From the NCBI GenBank assembly GCA_964564655.1, contig CAZMBO010000009.1, forward strand, positions 1 to 39,016: a stretch of DNA of 39,016 nt, given 5' to 3'. The first letter of the stretch is position 1. Each line of letters starts with the position of its first letter. The notes under the pieces were generated by a model that saw only the letters and a list, made by a program, of their open reading frames with translations, had not been told where the DNA came from and ran no database searches. The stretch is from an uncultured Nitrospina sp. (lineage in GTDB: Bacteria > Nitrospinota > Nitrospinia > Nitrospinales > VA-1). Positions 26,796 through 36,514 of the stretch are shown here, one piece after another. A program made the translations under genes and the position numbers.

Positions 26796-28081
26796 CTATT
26801 ACAGAAAAAATACTTGCTGCCCACGCGGGGAAAAATTCTGTCGCCCCGGGCGACAATATATGGGTAGATGTAGATGTTTTGATGACACACGATGTTTGCG
26901 GGCCAGGTACTTTTGCAATTTTCAAAAAGCAGTTCGGTGAAAATGCGAAGGTATGGGACCGCGATAAGGTTGTTATCATTCCCGACCATTTTATCTTTAC
27001 TAAAGACACTCACGCCAATCGGAATATAGACATCCTGAGGCAATTTGTGGAAGAACAGGATCTGCCACATTATTACGATGTCGGAACAGATAACTATAAA
27101 GGGGTCTGCCATCTGGCTCTGGCTCAGGAAGGATTCAATCGACCTGGAGAAATTTTATTTGGGACCGATTCCCATACTTCCACATCAGGAGCTTTTGGTA
27201 TGTTCTCAACCGGAATTGGTAACACGGATGCTGCATTTATTCTGGGTACAGGAAAGCTTTGGGTGAAGGTTCCAGAATCCATGTGTTTCGAATTTACGGG
27301 AACATTTCCCGACCATATTATGGCAAAAGATGTCATTTTGAATGTGATTGGTGATATTGGTGTTGATGGTGCTACTTATAGGGCCATGGAATGGAGTGGC
27401 GATGCAGTGATGAAGCTTTCCATGGAAGAACGCATGACCCTTTGCAATATGGCGATTGAAGCTGGGGGTAAAAATGGCATTATCGAAGCGGATGAAGTAA
27501 CGATAGATTATGTTAGGCAACGCACGGATGCACCTTACAAAGTTTATCATTCTGACAAAGACGCGAAATATTTCTTCAAAAGGACCTACAACGCAGATGA
27601 AATGGAACCCATTGTTGCAAAGCCGCATTCCCCAGATAACAAAGCCAAGGTCAGCGAATGTGAAGATGTAAGGCTAGACCGTGCCTATATCGGGTCTTGC
27701 ACAGGGGGCAAGTTGACAGACTTTATGGCTGCAGCAAAGCTGCTTAAAGGCAAAAAAGTACAGATCGACACTTTTATCGTTCCTGCGACCCGCGAAGTGG
27801 AAGAAGACCTTCATAAGGAAAAAATTGATGGGGAATCTCTGCTCGATATTTTTAAAAATTCAGGTGCTTACCTGGGAGAACCTTCCTGCGCAGCTTGTCT
27901 GGGTGGACCCAAAGATACTTTTGGGCGTGCGGGTGATAATCAGGTAGTGATTTCTACGACCAATCGAAATTTCCCTGGGCGGATGGGGTCGAAGCAATCT
28001 CATGTCTATCTGGCATCTCCATATACTGCTGCGGCATCGGCTTTGACCGGACATATTACAAACCCTGCTGAATTTGTTTAA
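26786..28081 (+). CDS. leuC: 3-isopropylmalate dehydratase large subunit, type 2 (aconitase superfamily; a homoaconitase-type activity cannot be excluded)
   Basis: 431 aa, reading (MG)MTITEKILAAHAG...MTHDV...GTDSHT. The Fe-S Cys ligands sit in IGSCTGG and PSCAACLGG. The start is either 26786 or 26792. Confidence 0.9.
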   Translation: MGMTITEKILAAHAGKNSVAPGDNIWVDVDVLMTHDVCGPGTFAIFKKQFGENAKVWDRDKVVIIPDHFIFTKDTHANRNIDILRQFVEEQDLPHYYDVGTDNYKGVCHLALAQEGFNRPGEILFGTDSHTSTSGAFGMFSTGIGNTDAAFILGTGKLWVKVPESMCFEFTGTFPDHIMAKDVILNVIGDIGVDGATYRAMEWSGDAVMKLSMEERMTLCNMAIEAGGKNGIIEADEVTIDYVRQRTDAPYKVYHSDKDAKYFFKRTYNADEMEPIVAKPHSPDNKAKVSECEDVRLDRAYIGSCTGGKLTDFMAAAKLLKGKKVQIDTFIVPATREVEEDLHKEKIDGESLLDIFKNSGAYLGEPSCAACLGGPKDTFGRAGDNQVVISTTNRNFPGRMGSKQSHVYLASPYTAAASALTGHITNPAEFV

Positions 28082-28098
28082 TAATTAACCTTATTGCT

Positions 28099-28662
28099 AT
28101 GAAAAAAATAATAGAAGGTCTTGCATATGTGTTGGGTAACGATATTGATACCGATCAGATAATTCCTGCTGAGCATCTGGTATACAGTTTGAGTGATCCA
28201 GAGGAGAAAAAGAATTATGGTAAATTTGCACTTTCCGGGGTTCCTGGTGATCAAGCGGGGTTGCCAAACGGCAACGTACCCTTTACGGAAGGCGAAAATT
28301 TTGAATCGAAGTATTCAATTGTGGTGGGTGGAAAAAATTTTGGTTGTGGTTCCTCTCGTGAACACGCACCTGCCTGCATGGAGATTGCTGGCGTGAGGGC
28401 AGTGATTGCGCAATCGTATGCTCGGATTTTTTACCGTAATTCTGTGGATGGAGGATTTTTCATCCCTTTTGAATGTGATACACGCTTGGTGGAAGATATA
28501 AAAACCGGAGATGATTTAAAGATTGATCTGACCGAGAATACCCTGACCAATAAAACCCAGGAGAAAACTTATGATCTGAAATCACTCGGTGAAGTCATAG
28601 AGATCATTGAAGCTGGAAATATTTTTGAATATGCCAGAAAAACCGGGATGATTGCTTCATAG
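28099..28662 (+). CDS. leuD: 3-isopropylmalate dehydratase small subunit, type 2
   Basis: 187 aa with GNDIDTDQIIPA, GKNFGCGSSREHAP and IAQSYARIFYRN. It starts 17 nt after leuC. Confidence 0.9.
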   Translation: MKKIIEGLAYVLGNDIDTDQIIPAEHLVYSLSDPEEKKNYGKFALSGVPGDQAGLPNGNVPFTEGENFESKYSIVVGGKNFGCGSSREHAPACMEIAGVRAVIAQSYARIFYRNSVDGGFFIPFECDTRLVEDIKTGDDLKIDLTENTLTNKTQEKTYDLKSLGEVIEIIEAGNIFEYARKTGMIAS

Positions 28663-28837
28663 CGGTGGAAGTTGTCATGATGTTTTCGAGTGAAACTTCT
28701 TGTTATCTATTCCTACCAATTACAAACTCAACGTATCTTCATTTTTAAATGCAACGAACCCAAGAAGCTTAATTTTTGTAGGATGCGAAAAGCCTTATTT
28801 TTTGTTAAATTGATTGCTTAATATCATGGAGAAAATA

Positions 28838-29647
28838 ATGGGTTCTAATTGGAGACATAGCTTTATCAAACCCATTTTTATAATTGCTACTTTCTGCATT
28901 TTCAGTGCAGGGGCTATATGTAATGCGATAGGCTCTGAGCAGGATATGATTCTTATTCCAGCAGGGCCTTTTAAAATGGGAAGCTCTGATAAGGATATCC
29001 TGTGGGCGGCGAAACAGTTTCATTCTGAATCTTTGGATTGGTACAGAGACGAAACCCCGCTTCACGAAGTGACTTTGCCGGCTTTTAAAATTGATAAATT
29101 TCTTGTGACGGTCCATGATTATGAAATATACCGACAAACGACAGGTAAGGTCGCGCCACGCGAACATGACAATGCAAGATTTAATCAACCCAGACAACCC
29201 ATAGTTGCGCTACCCTGGAAAGAAGCACGAGACTATTGCCTTTGGGCTCAAAAACGTTTACCCACGGAGAGAGAATGGGAAAAGGCCGCAAGGGGCACGG
29301 ATGCCAGGTACTACCCTTGGGGAAATGAAGCAGATGCTCTCAATACGAATATAAGAGGAAAAGGAGACATTTATAGATATACCAACCCAGTGGGGGCAAT
29401 GCCTGAAAACGCTAGTCCCTATGGGGTAATGGATTTGGCGGGAAATGTTTGGGAATGGACGGAAGACTGGTATCAGCCACATCCAGGGAATCAATATGAT
29501 AATGATTTATATGGAGAAAGGTTTAAGGTCATAAAAGGTGGGTCGTGGAATTCAAACCTGGACTTAGCACGAGGCTCAGTGCGTGGTAAGGCATTACCGG
29601 ACCAGAAAAAAAATTATATTGGGTTTCGTTGCGTGGCAACGAATTAA
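28838..29647 (+). CDS. FGE-sulfatase (SUMF1/EgtB/PvdO) fold protein, exported, lacking the FGE catalytic Cys pair
   Basis: Family blocks: MILIPAGPFKMGS, DETPLHEVTLPAFKIDKFLVT, LPTEREWEKAARG, YPWGN, GNVWEWTEDW, VIKGGSW, IGFRCV. An N-terminal hydrophobic segment (IFIIATFCIFSAGAICNA) suggests export. I prefer the ATG at 28838, which follows GGAG; the ORF track starts at the TTG at 28814. Confidence 0.85.
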   Translation: MGSNWRHSFIKPIFIIATFCIFSAGAICNAIGSEQDMILIPAGPFKMGSSDKDILWAAKQFHSESLDWYRDETPLHEVTLPAFKIDKFLVTVHDYEIYRQTTGKVAPREHDNARFNQPRQPIVALPWKEARDYCLWAQKRLPTEREWEKAARGTDARYYPWGNEADALNTNIRGKGDIYRYTNPVGAMPENASPYGVMDLAGNVWEWTEDWYQPHPGNQYDNDLYGERFKVIKGGSWNSNLDLARGSVRGKALPDQKKNYIGFRCVATN

Positions 29648-29662
29648 TTGGAGGATTTTATT

Positions 29663-30526
29663 GTGTTGATAAGAAAAAAAATAGTTCAGGTTATTTTAGT
29701 TTTAGGATGGTTGGTATGGTCGCTTCCAGTTTTTGTAGCAGGCGGTCATGAAGTACAATCTGGTGAACATCCCGGCAAACAAGGGAGCAGTCATGGTGGA
29801 CCGCCTGGAGGCAAACACGGAGGGTATAGTGGAGGCCATGGAGCCAAAGGAAAACATGGTGGTCATGGGTATGGTCGTCGCAAAGGTCCGCCAAAAGATA
29901 TCTCTGCACATATTCGAGAAAGGCTGGATGCCGATGGCAGTAAAATAAATCTCAATGGTTCTCAGATTGGGGTGAAGGGAATGCAAATTCTTGCCAGAAC
30001 TCCTGAGTTGAAAAATGTTGTTTCCCTAGCGCTGCAAAAAAATAATCTAGGAGATGAAGGCGTGCGAATTTTATGCGAATCAGACACGTTTCAACATGTT
30101 AAAAAACTTTCTCTGTGGGGTAATGATGTTTCAGAGAAAGGCGCAAAAATGATATCTGAATCTCCAAACTTAAAAAATCTGACTGAGCTCAAGTTGACTC
30201 GCAACAAAGTAGGGGATGAGGGAATTGTTGCAATTGTTGGCTCGCAAAATTCGAAAAATATTACATTTATGGATTTAAGCGCAAACCAGATTAGTGATAG
30301 GGGGGCAATGGCAATTGCAAATTCACCCAATCTTGTAAATCTGAAAACTCTAGATCTATATAATAACCAGATTACAGAAAAAGGGATGGAAGCTCTATTA
30401 AACTCCAGGACTTTAAAAAGCTTGGAATTGCTTATACTGATTCGAAATGAAATTAATCCGGAATTGTCCGACGATTTAGCAAAAAATCAGAGTCTGCCAA
30501 GTTTAAGGCGATTGGAAGTATTTTAG
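29663..30526 (+). CDS. Exported RI-like leucine-rich repeat protein with an N-terminal His/Gly-rich segment
   Basis: GGAGGA at 29650-29655 precedes the GTG at 29663; the ORF track uses the TTG at 29648. The signal-like segment is IVQVILVLGWLVWSLPVFVAGG. A Gly/His-rich stretch of about 49 aa follows, then 7 tandem 27-aa LRR units, for example LTELKLTRNKVGDEGIVAIVGSQNSKN. The protein ends in LRRLEVF. Confidence 0.85.
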   Translation: MLIRKKIVQVILVLGWLVWSLPVFVAGGHEVQSGEHPGKQGSSHGGPPGGKHGGYSGGHGAKGKHGGHGYGRRKGPPKDISAHIRERLDADGSKINLNGSQIGVKGMQILARTPELKNVVSLALQKNNLGDEGVRILCESDTFQHVKKLSLWGNDVSEKGAKMISESPNLKNLTELKLTRNKVGDEGIVAIVGSQNSKNITFMDLSANQISDRGAMAIANSPNLVNLKTLDLYNNQITEKGMEALLNSRTLKSLELLILIRNEINPELSDDLAKNQSLPSLRRLEVF

Positions 30527-30636
30527 GAAATAGAATTTTGTACGCAAAAATATTTTTGAACATGAGCAAGGTTTTAAATTAAGACTTGCTAGTTGCCAAA
30601 AAGAATTATCGATTTATTTGAGATACTTATCTGTGG

Positions 30637-30843
30637 TTACCTGTATCGGCGATCATTATATTGGTCAATTTTTTCTACGACCTGAGTGGTGCCCCGCATT
30701 AGAACATCCAGCATATCTTTCAATGCTTCAAGTTCCTCGCTAGGATTTTCCGCGTTTTTAAAATTTGCGGCTTCCTCTGTTATTTCCTTAACGATTATTT
30801 CAATTATTTCGTGTTTATCCATAAGTTCATCAAAAAAGGACAC
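30637..30843 (-). CDS. Small acidic hypothetical protein (68 aa)
   Basis: The ORF lies directly downstream of tRNA-Phe on the same strand. Its translation looks helical and acidic (DELMDKHEIIEIIVKEITEEAANF). The GTG start has no clear SD, and I recognise no family. The overlapping + ORF 30686-30874 looks like low-complexity antisense. Confidence 0.35.
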   Translation of the reverse strand: MSFFDELMDKHEIIEIIVKEITEEAANFKNAENPSEELEALKDMLDVLMRGTTQVVEKIDQYNDRRYR

Positions 30844-30885
30844 TCGTGAAAATTCTGTAAGTGTCTATTTTTAATACTTTAGTGC

Positions 30886-30958
<73 letters not shown>

Positions 30959-31162
30959 AGCAAAGAGCGAAACCTATCATACTCCCTAACTGCTGTCAAT
31001 TTCTTGGGGTCATAAATTATTCATTGCTAAGAACTATTTTGTTATAACGATCGAAATATAGTTTTGGTATCTTGCTTTTATGATTACTGAAGCTAATAGA
31101 AACTGCTTGTGATATCTTTGGATTAACTAGCTCCCCTGCAGAATTATAAACTTATTATTGAG

Positions 31163-32545
31163 ATGGAAACCAACGACACCATAGCGGCTTTGGCAACACC
31201 GCCAGGAGAAGGAGGAATAAGCGTGATCCGCATCAGCGGAGAAAATGCTCTCACTTTTGCTCGTGGCTTGTTTCATTCTACATTTGATATTTCGAAAAAT
31301 ATTCCCCCGGCTCAAAAAGTTTTGTTTGGCGAAATACGTGATCCAGAATCAAATCGTGTGATTGACGAGGTTTTGTTTACCTGGTTTAAGAAACCCAACA
31401 GTTATACTGGAGAAAATGTGGTTGAAATAAGTGGTCACGGTGGTACCCAGGTATCGGCCACATTATTGGAGTTGATTTTAAGACAGGGTGCAAGGTTGGC
31501 AGAACCTGGAGAATTTACACGCCGGGCTTTTATCCATGGCCGCCTTGATCTCACTCAGGTCGAAGCCGTAGCCGATCTTATAGGCGCTGCATCAGATAGA
31601 GCGTTGAATTCTGCTGTTTTACAACTCAAGGGTGGGCTATCCCGGCGGATCAACAATTTATTAGACCAACTATTGGCAGTGCAGGCGCAGTTGGAAGCAG
31701 CGATTGACTTTTCTGAAGAAGGGTTAACTTTCCAAAGTCGTGAAACTACCGGTCAGCAAATTAAAGAATTAAAAAATGAAATTTTCTCTCTAGTCAGTTC
31801 TTTTCAACAAGGTAAAATAATTCGCGAAGGCTTGCGCATTGCTCTTGTGGGTAAACCTAATGTTGGGAAATCGAGCTTGCTCAACGCACTCTTGCAGGAG
31901 GACCGAGCCATCGTCACAAGTATTCCAGGAACAACCCGTGATACTCTGGAAGAGCGAATACGTGTTAAGGACATTCATATTGTCGTTACCGACTCGGCAG
32001 GCTTACGTGATAATCCCGAAATTGTTGAAGAACAAGGCATCCAAAGAACCCGTAATGCACTAGCGCAATCTGATCTTGCGTTGGTGGTATTTGATCCATC
32101 CCAATCTTTCGATGGCAATGATGAATTGCTGATGAATGAAGTCGGTGATAGGCCAAGATGCACCCTGCTAAATAAATCTGATCTTGAACAGAAATGGGAG
32201 AAGGAAAAAATCGAAAAATTCCTTAAAGGTGAAAAGCCGATTTCGATTTCTGCAAAAACCGGAGCCGGGATGCAAGATTTAAGTGAAGCTATTTATAATT
32301 TTGCGGTAAAAGGCGAACAGGCAGGGGAGTCAATCTTTATTACCCGTGAACGTCACCGCGACCATTTACAGCAGGCAGCAACAGCTTTAGATGCTGCATA
32401 TACAAACATGAACTCCGGTTACTCTGAAGAGCTCATTGCTGTTGATATCAATTTGGCGATGGAACACATTGGTTCGATTCTTGGAAAAACATTTGCGGAA
32501 GACTTGCTGGATAAAATTTTTGGTGAATTCTGCATTGGCAAATAG
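31163..32545 (+). CDS. mnmE: tRNA modification GTPase MnmE (TrmE)
   Basis: 460 aa. The N-terminus is DTIAALATPPGEGGISVIRISG. The G domain has GKPNVGKSSLLN, a DSAG variant of DxxG, and NKSD. The C-terminus is the conserved FCIGK. Confidence 0.93.
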   Translation: METNDTIAALATPPGEGGISVIRISGENALTFARGLFHSTFDISKNIPPAQKVLFGEIRDPESNRVIDEVLFTWFKKPNSYTGENVVEISGHGGTQVSATLLELILRQGARLAEPGEFTRRAFIHGRLDLTQVEAVADLIGAASDRALNSAVLQLKGGLSRRINNLLDQLLAVQAQLEAAIDFSEEGLTFQSRETTGQQIKELKNEIFSLVSSFQQGKIIREGLRIALVGKPNVGKSSLLNALLQEDRAIVTSIPGTTRDTLEERIRVKDIHIVVTDSAGLRDNPEIVEEQGIQRTRNALAQSDLALVVFDPSQSFDGNDELLMNEVGDRPRCTLLNKSDLEQKWEKEKIEKFLKGEKPISISAKTGAGMQDLSEAIYNFAVKGEQAGESIFITRERHRDHLQQAATALDAAYTNMNSGYSEELIAVDINLAMEHIGSILGKTFAEDLLDKIFGEFCIGK

Positions 32546-32736
32546 AAGCAACCTACAGTTGCCCAAAGTTCAGAATTTTATTGGGAAAACATTTCCAGAT
32601 GAATAAAGCGAGGGGCGAATTATTCCCATCTTCCAGCTATTGTTACCTTAAACTAAGACATTCTAATTAATAGCAACAACTTTCTATTCTCCACGGTAAA
32701 ATTTATAAGAGATAGAGTAAATTTTTGGGTTTCGTT

Positions 32737-33609
32737 ATGTCGGATAATTCAAATAACCTGTTTTGTTTTGGTATGGGTTTTACTGCTCAAGCTTTGGCGA
32801 AAAGAATGCACGGGCATGAATGGGGTGTTGCGGGCACCTGTCGTTCAGTAGACAAAAAAGATTTTTGTGGGAGTTTATTTCCCCTTCCATTCGATGGAAC
32901 CCAAGCCACGGAAGAAATTTGTGACGCCCTTAGTAAAGCAACCCATTTACTGATTTCTATTCCACCACAACCTTCAGGGGATGTGGTTTTGCAAAATTTT
33001 GGTTCGAAGATCGCCGAATGTGAAAAATTGAAATGGATTGGATATATTTCATCAACAGGGGTTTATGGTGATACCCAAGGCAAGTGGGTAGATGAATCTG
33101 CATCTACGCAACCAGTAACAAAACTCAATATGCTTAGAGTGGAAGCCGAAAATCAATGGTTAAATATGGCAAAACAATATGGTTTGCCGGTTATGGTATT
33201 CCGCTGTGTAGCGATTTATGGCCCAGGCAGGAACTTACTAGTCTCTGTTAGACAGGGACGAGCACGGCGCATTGAAAAACCGGGTCTGGTTTTTTCTCGG
33301 ATCCATGTTGAAGATTTAGTACGAACCTTGGAAGCATCTATCAAAAACCCAAAGCCTGGGGAGATTTATAATGTAAGCGATGACCGTCCCTCTCCGCCAT
33401 CCGAAACCGTTGAATATGCCTGCAAGCTTTTGAATGTTAAGCCACCTCCACTAATTCCTTTTGAGTTTGCAGAGTTGTCAGAAGTAGCACGTGGCTTTTA
33501 TCTAACCTGTAAGCGGGTGGGTAATAAAAAAATTAAAGAAGAACTGGGAGTAAAACTCAAGTATCCTGATTATAGAAGTGGGTTGGACGCAATTTTTAAA
33601 GCTATGTAA
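32737..33609 (+). CDS. NAD(P)-binding Rossmann protein, SDR / NAD-dependent epimerase-dehydratase-like
   Basis: The N-terminal FCFGMGFTAQALAKRM is a glycine-rich dinucleotide loop. Other blocks are YISSTGVYGD, RCVAIYGPGR and IHVEDL. I prefer the ATG at 32737 over the TTG at 32725. Confidence 0.7.
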   Translation: MSDNSNNLFCFGMGFTAQALAKRMHGHEWGVAGTCRSVDKKDFCGSLFPLPFDGTQATEEICDALSKATHLLISIPPQPSGDVVLQNFGSKIAECEKLKWIGYISSTGVYGDTQGKWVDESASTQPVTKLNMLRVEAENQWLNMAKQYGLPVMVFRCVAIYGPGRNLLVSVRQGRARRIEKPGLVFSRIHVEDLVRTLEASIKNPKPGEIYNVSDDRPSPPSETVEYACKLLNVKPPPLIPFEFAELSEVARGFYLTCKRVGNKKIKEELGVKLKYPDYRSGLDAIFKAM

Positions 33610-33693
33610 ATGCCGAGTTGCAATTGGCGCATTACCTCAAGCCAAAAAATGCTGTTGACTATATTTCGTTAACTTATCCGACTATGTAGTAGG

Positions 33694-34443
33694 CTAGAGT
33701 CCGGTGGGGTAATGCAAAAATTCACTGTCGATAGCGAATTTTTCTTTAAGATGTTTACCAATCGATTTCACGCCTCCTGTTTCTGTGCCGTAGTGACCTG
33801 CAAAAATTAGTATGCAATTTCCTTCAATGGCCTCATGAAAATGGTGATTGGCGCCTTCACCAGTGATATAACAATCGAGTCCTTCCTGAATTGCTTGTTT
33901 GACGATGTCTGCAGCACCTCCAGTGACTAGACCAACCGTTTTCACTTCTCCCTGCCCGATAACTTTTACTTGAGAGCCGAGTTTTTGCTCAAGCATTTTT
34001 CCTAAGTTTTCTGCTGATGTAGGGGAGATCGAACCCTTGAATCCAATTTTTATACCATCGTACTCTCCAAAAGGTTCAAGGTTTTCCAATCCTATCCAAT
34101 CGGCCAGTGTCCGGTTATTTCCATAAACTGGGTGCAGATCTAGGGGAATATGCGCGGAGTAGAGTCCGAGGTTTGCCTGTATCATGGCTGAAAGTTTTTC
34201 GTAATGTTGACCCCGAATCGCTTGCAGTCCGGACCAAAACGCTCCATGATGTACAAACATCATCTGACATTGTTTTGCTATAGCGAGATCAATCGTGGCT
34301 TGACATAAATCGACTGCCAGTCCAATTTTTTTTATTTCACCGCGATTTTGAATTTGTAATCCATTCAGTGCGTGCGGTGCATCTCGAATAGAATTTATTT
34401 CCAGAAGGTTGTCGAGATAGTTGCTGAGTTGTAGAATATCCAT
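33694..34443 (-). CDS. Nif3-like dinuclear metal-centre protein (YbgI / GTP cyclohydrolase 1 type 2 homologue)
   Basis: 249 aa with NGLQIQN, MMFVHHGAFW, AHIPLDLHP and AGHYGTE, all typical of the NIF3 family. Confidence 0.85.
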   Translation of the reverse strand: MDILQLSNYLDNLLEINSIRDAPHALNGLQIQNRGEIKKIGLAVDLCQATIDLAIAKQCQMMFVHHGAFWSGLQAIRGQHYEKLSAMIQANLGLYSAHIPLDLHPVYGNNRTLADWIGLENLEPFGEYDGIKIGFKGSISPTSAENLGKMLEQKLGSQVKVIGQGEVKTVGLVTGGAADIVKQAIQEGLDCYITGEGANHHFHEAIEGNCILIFAGHYGTETGGVKSIGKHLKEKFAIDSEFLHYPTGL

Positions 34444-34464
34444 GTTAGAAAGTATAACTTCTTA

Positions 34465-35442
34465 TTGACGGTAGAGCCAATAGTGATCAATTTTATTTTG
34501 CGCAATTTGTGGCAGCGGATCATCCTGCTAATATTTATTTCTATCATTTCGCATGCGATCGTTCACTTAGCACCGGGCGAGCCAGCTCTTGTAGACCCCT
34601 CTAACCCTCGCATGAAACCGGAAGACATCCAGCGCATACGGGCAGCCTTTCATTTGGATGAGCCCCTGCATATTCAATATGTCTATTGGGTGAGAGATCT
34701 ATTTACGGGAGAATTGAAATCTTTTAAGGACAATCAACCGGTCATGGGGAAAATATGGGAAAAGTTCCTCAATTCTCTTCCACTGTTTTTAATAGCAACT
34801 TTTATAACCTGGTGTTTGGCATTTCCGATAGGCATTCGAGCGGCGGTTTTCCGTGATTCAAGCTTTGATCGGTCCAGTACTTTTATTTCTTATGCCTTGA
34901 TTTCTATTCCTGGGTTTTTCCTCTCTTATTTGTTAATCATTTTTATGGTAAAGACTTTTAATGTTCCTGTTCTGGGAATGCGGACTTTTGGATTAGAAGG
35001 AGCGACATTTTTATTCCAATCGATGGATCGTATATGGCATTTGACCATTCCTGCGTTGATGTCTGCAATTGCGGGCACAGCAGTTTTATCGCGTTATGTT
35101 CGATCGCAAATGTTGGAAGTCATTCATCAGGACTATATGCGTACGGCTCGTGCAAAAGGGTTGCCTGAAGATCAGGTTATTTATCGTCATGGATTGCGTA
35201 ACGCATTATTACCTTTCATCACAATGTTTGGTTTGACCATTCCGGGCCTCATAGGTGGTTCAGTTATTTTTGAACAAATATTTTCCTGGCCAGGAATGGG
35301 GAGACTTGGCTACGAAGCTATATTGGCCAGAGACTTTCCCATAATTTTAACACTTAACTTTATGACAGCTATTCTGGTTCTTGTGGGTACGTTGGTGTCT
35401 GACATTCTTTATGCCGTGGTGGACCCACGAATAAAATTTTAG
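34465..35442 (+). CDS. ABC transporter permease, DppB/OppB-like
   Basis: 325 aa with LAPGEP near the N-terminus and the EAA-type loop YMRTARAKGLPEDQVIYRHGLRNALLP. The start is uncertain (TTG at 34465, or GTG at 34483). Confidence 0.85.
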   Translation: MTVEPIVINFILRNLWQRIILLIFISIISHAIVHLAPGEPALVDPSNPRMKPEDIQRIRAAFHLDEPLHIQYVYWVRDLFTGELKSFKDNQPVMGKIWEKFLNSLPLFLIATFITWCLAFPIGIRAAVFRDSSFDRSSTFISYALISIPGFFLSYLLIIFMVKTFNVPVLGMRTFGLEGATFLFQSMDRIWHLTIPALMSAIAGTAVLSRYVRSQMLEVIHQDYMRTARAKGLPEDQVIYRHGLRNALLPFITMFGLTIPGLIGGSVIFEQIFSWPGMGRLGYEAILARDFPIILTLNFMTAILVLVGTLVSDILYAVVDPRIKF

Positions 35443-35452
35443 TGGTTAGAGT

Positions 35453-36424
35453 ATGAACGAGTTGATAACGACTTTAGAAACGGATTCTTTGCCACCCTCA
35501 AAAGGGATATTTCAAGAACGCTGGGATATTCTCAAGAGGGACCGAATGGCCTATGCCAGTTTTTGGTTTCTTATGTTTTTATTGGTATTGGCATTTTTGG
35601 GGAAATTATTGACCCGATACATTATTGTTTTTGATCCCAAAATAGTACGTCTTTCAGAAAAGTTTTTGCCACCCTTGACCGCATTCACAAGCACGATAAC
35701 TCCAAAGGAAAATGCGCCAACTTTTGGTATTTATTTGTTTGGTACCGATGAGTTGGGGCGCGATGTTTTTGCGCGTATGCTGGAAGGAACTTCAGTGTCA
35801 TTGAGCGTGGGGTTTGTTGCAGTAGGCATTATGCTAACAGTAGGAATATTCTTTGGCGGTATCGCAGGGTATTATGGTCGGATAAAGGTGGGATTTATTA
35901 CGGTTGATACGATCATCATGCGGTTTGTCGATATAATGCTTTGCTTCCCCACGTTTTTCTTAATACTTACGGTAGTAGCTTTATTACCCCCCAGTATTTA
36001 TAACATTATGATTGTGATTGGGTTGACCAGCTGGATGGGAACAGCACGTTTCGTCAGAGCCGAATTTTTGTCTCTTCGCGATCAGGATTTTGTTGCTGCA
36101 GCCCGAAGCCAGGCCATTCCCGAATGGCGTATCATTTTTATTCATATGGTTCCCAACGCAATCGCTCCCGTGCTAGTCTCTGCAACACTTGGTGTTGCAT
36201 CGGCAATTCTTACCGAGTCAGCTTTAAGCTTTCTTGGTTTTGGTGTGCAGCCTCCTGATGCGACCTGGGGTAATATTCTTTCAGATGGAAGAAACTTTCT
36301 GTTTGATGCGCCCTGGCTCACATTCATTCCAGGTTTTACAATTCTTTTAGTCGTGCTTGCATTTAATTTGTGCGGCGAAGGCTTACGTGAAGCATTTAAT
36401 CCGAAACTTAAAACAACAACTTGA
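35453..36424 (+). CDS. ABC transporter permease, DppC/OppC-like
   Basis: 323 aa with LFGTDELGRDVFARML and FVAAARSQAIPEWRIIFIHMVPNAIAP. It starts 10 nt after the previous gene. Confidence 0.85.
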   Translation: MNELITTLETDSLPPSKGIFQERWDILKRDRMAYASFWFLMFLLVLAFLGKLLTRYIIVFDPKIVRLSEKFLPPLTAFTSTITPKENAPTFGIYLFGTDELGRDVFARMLEGTSVSLSVGFVAVGIMLTVGIFFGGIAGYYGRIKVGFITVDTIIMRFVDIMLCFPTFFLILTVVALLPPSIYNIMIVIGLTSWMGTARFVRAEFLSLRDQDFVAAARSQAIPEWRIIFIHMVPNAIAPVLVSATLGVASAILTESALSFLGFGVQPPDATWGNILSDGRNFLFDAPWLTFIPGFTILLVVLAFNLCGEGLREAFNPKLKTTT

Positions 36425-36514
36425 TTTCAAATTCATCTCAGTCTCTGTTAATTTCCTCGCCTATGGGTGTGAGTATATGGTGTATTCGATAGAGAACCGA
36501 AATGTATAGACCTA

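Noticed and set aside
26675-27112. Minus-strand ORFs of 145 and 76 aa overlapping the leuC 5' region.
   Set aside because: They are antisense to a clearly identified aconitase-family gene and have no recognisable motifs or SD.
29691-29986. Three alternative-frame ORFs (66-94 aa) over the His/Gly-rich segment.
   Set aside because: They are artefacts of the repetitive GGN/CAY coding sequence, which keeps several frames open. They lie within a gene that has a clear signal peptide and LRR domain.
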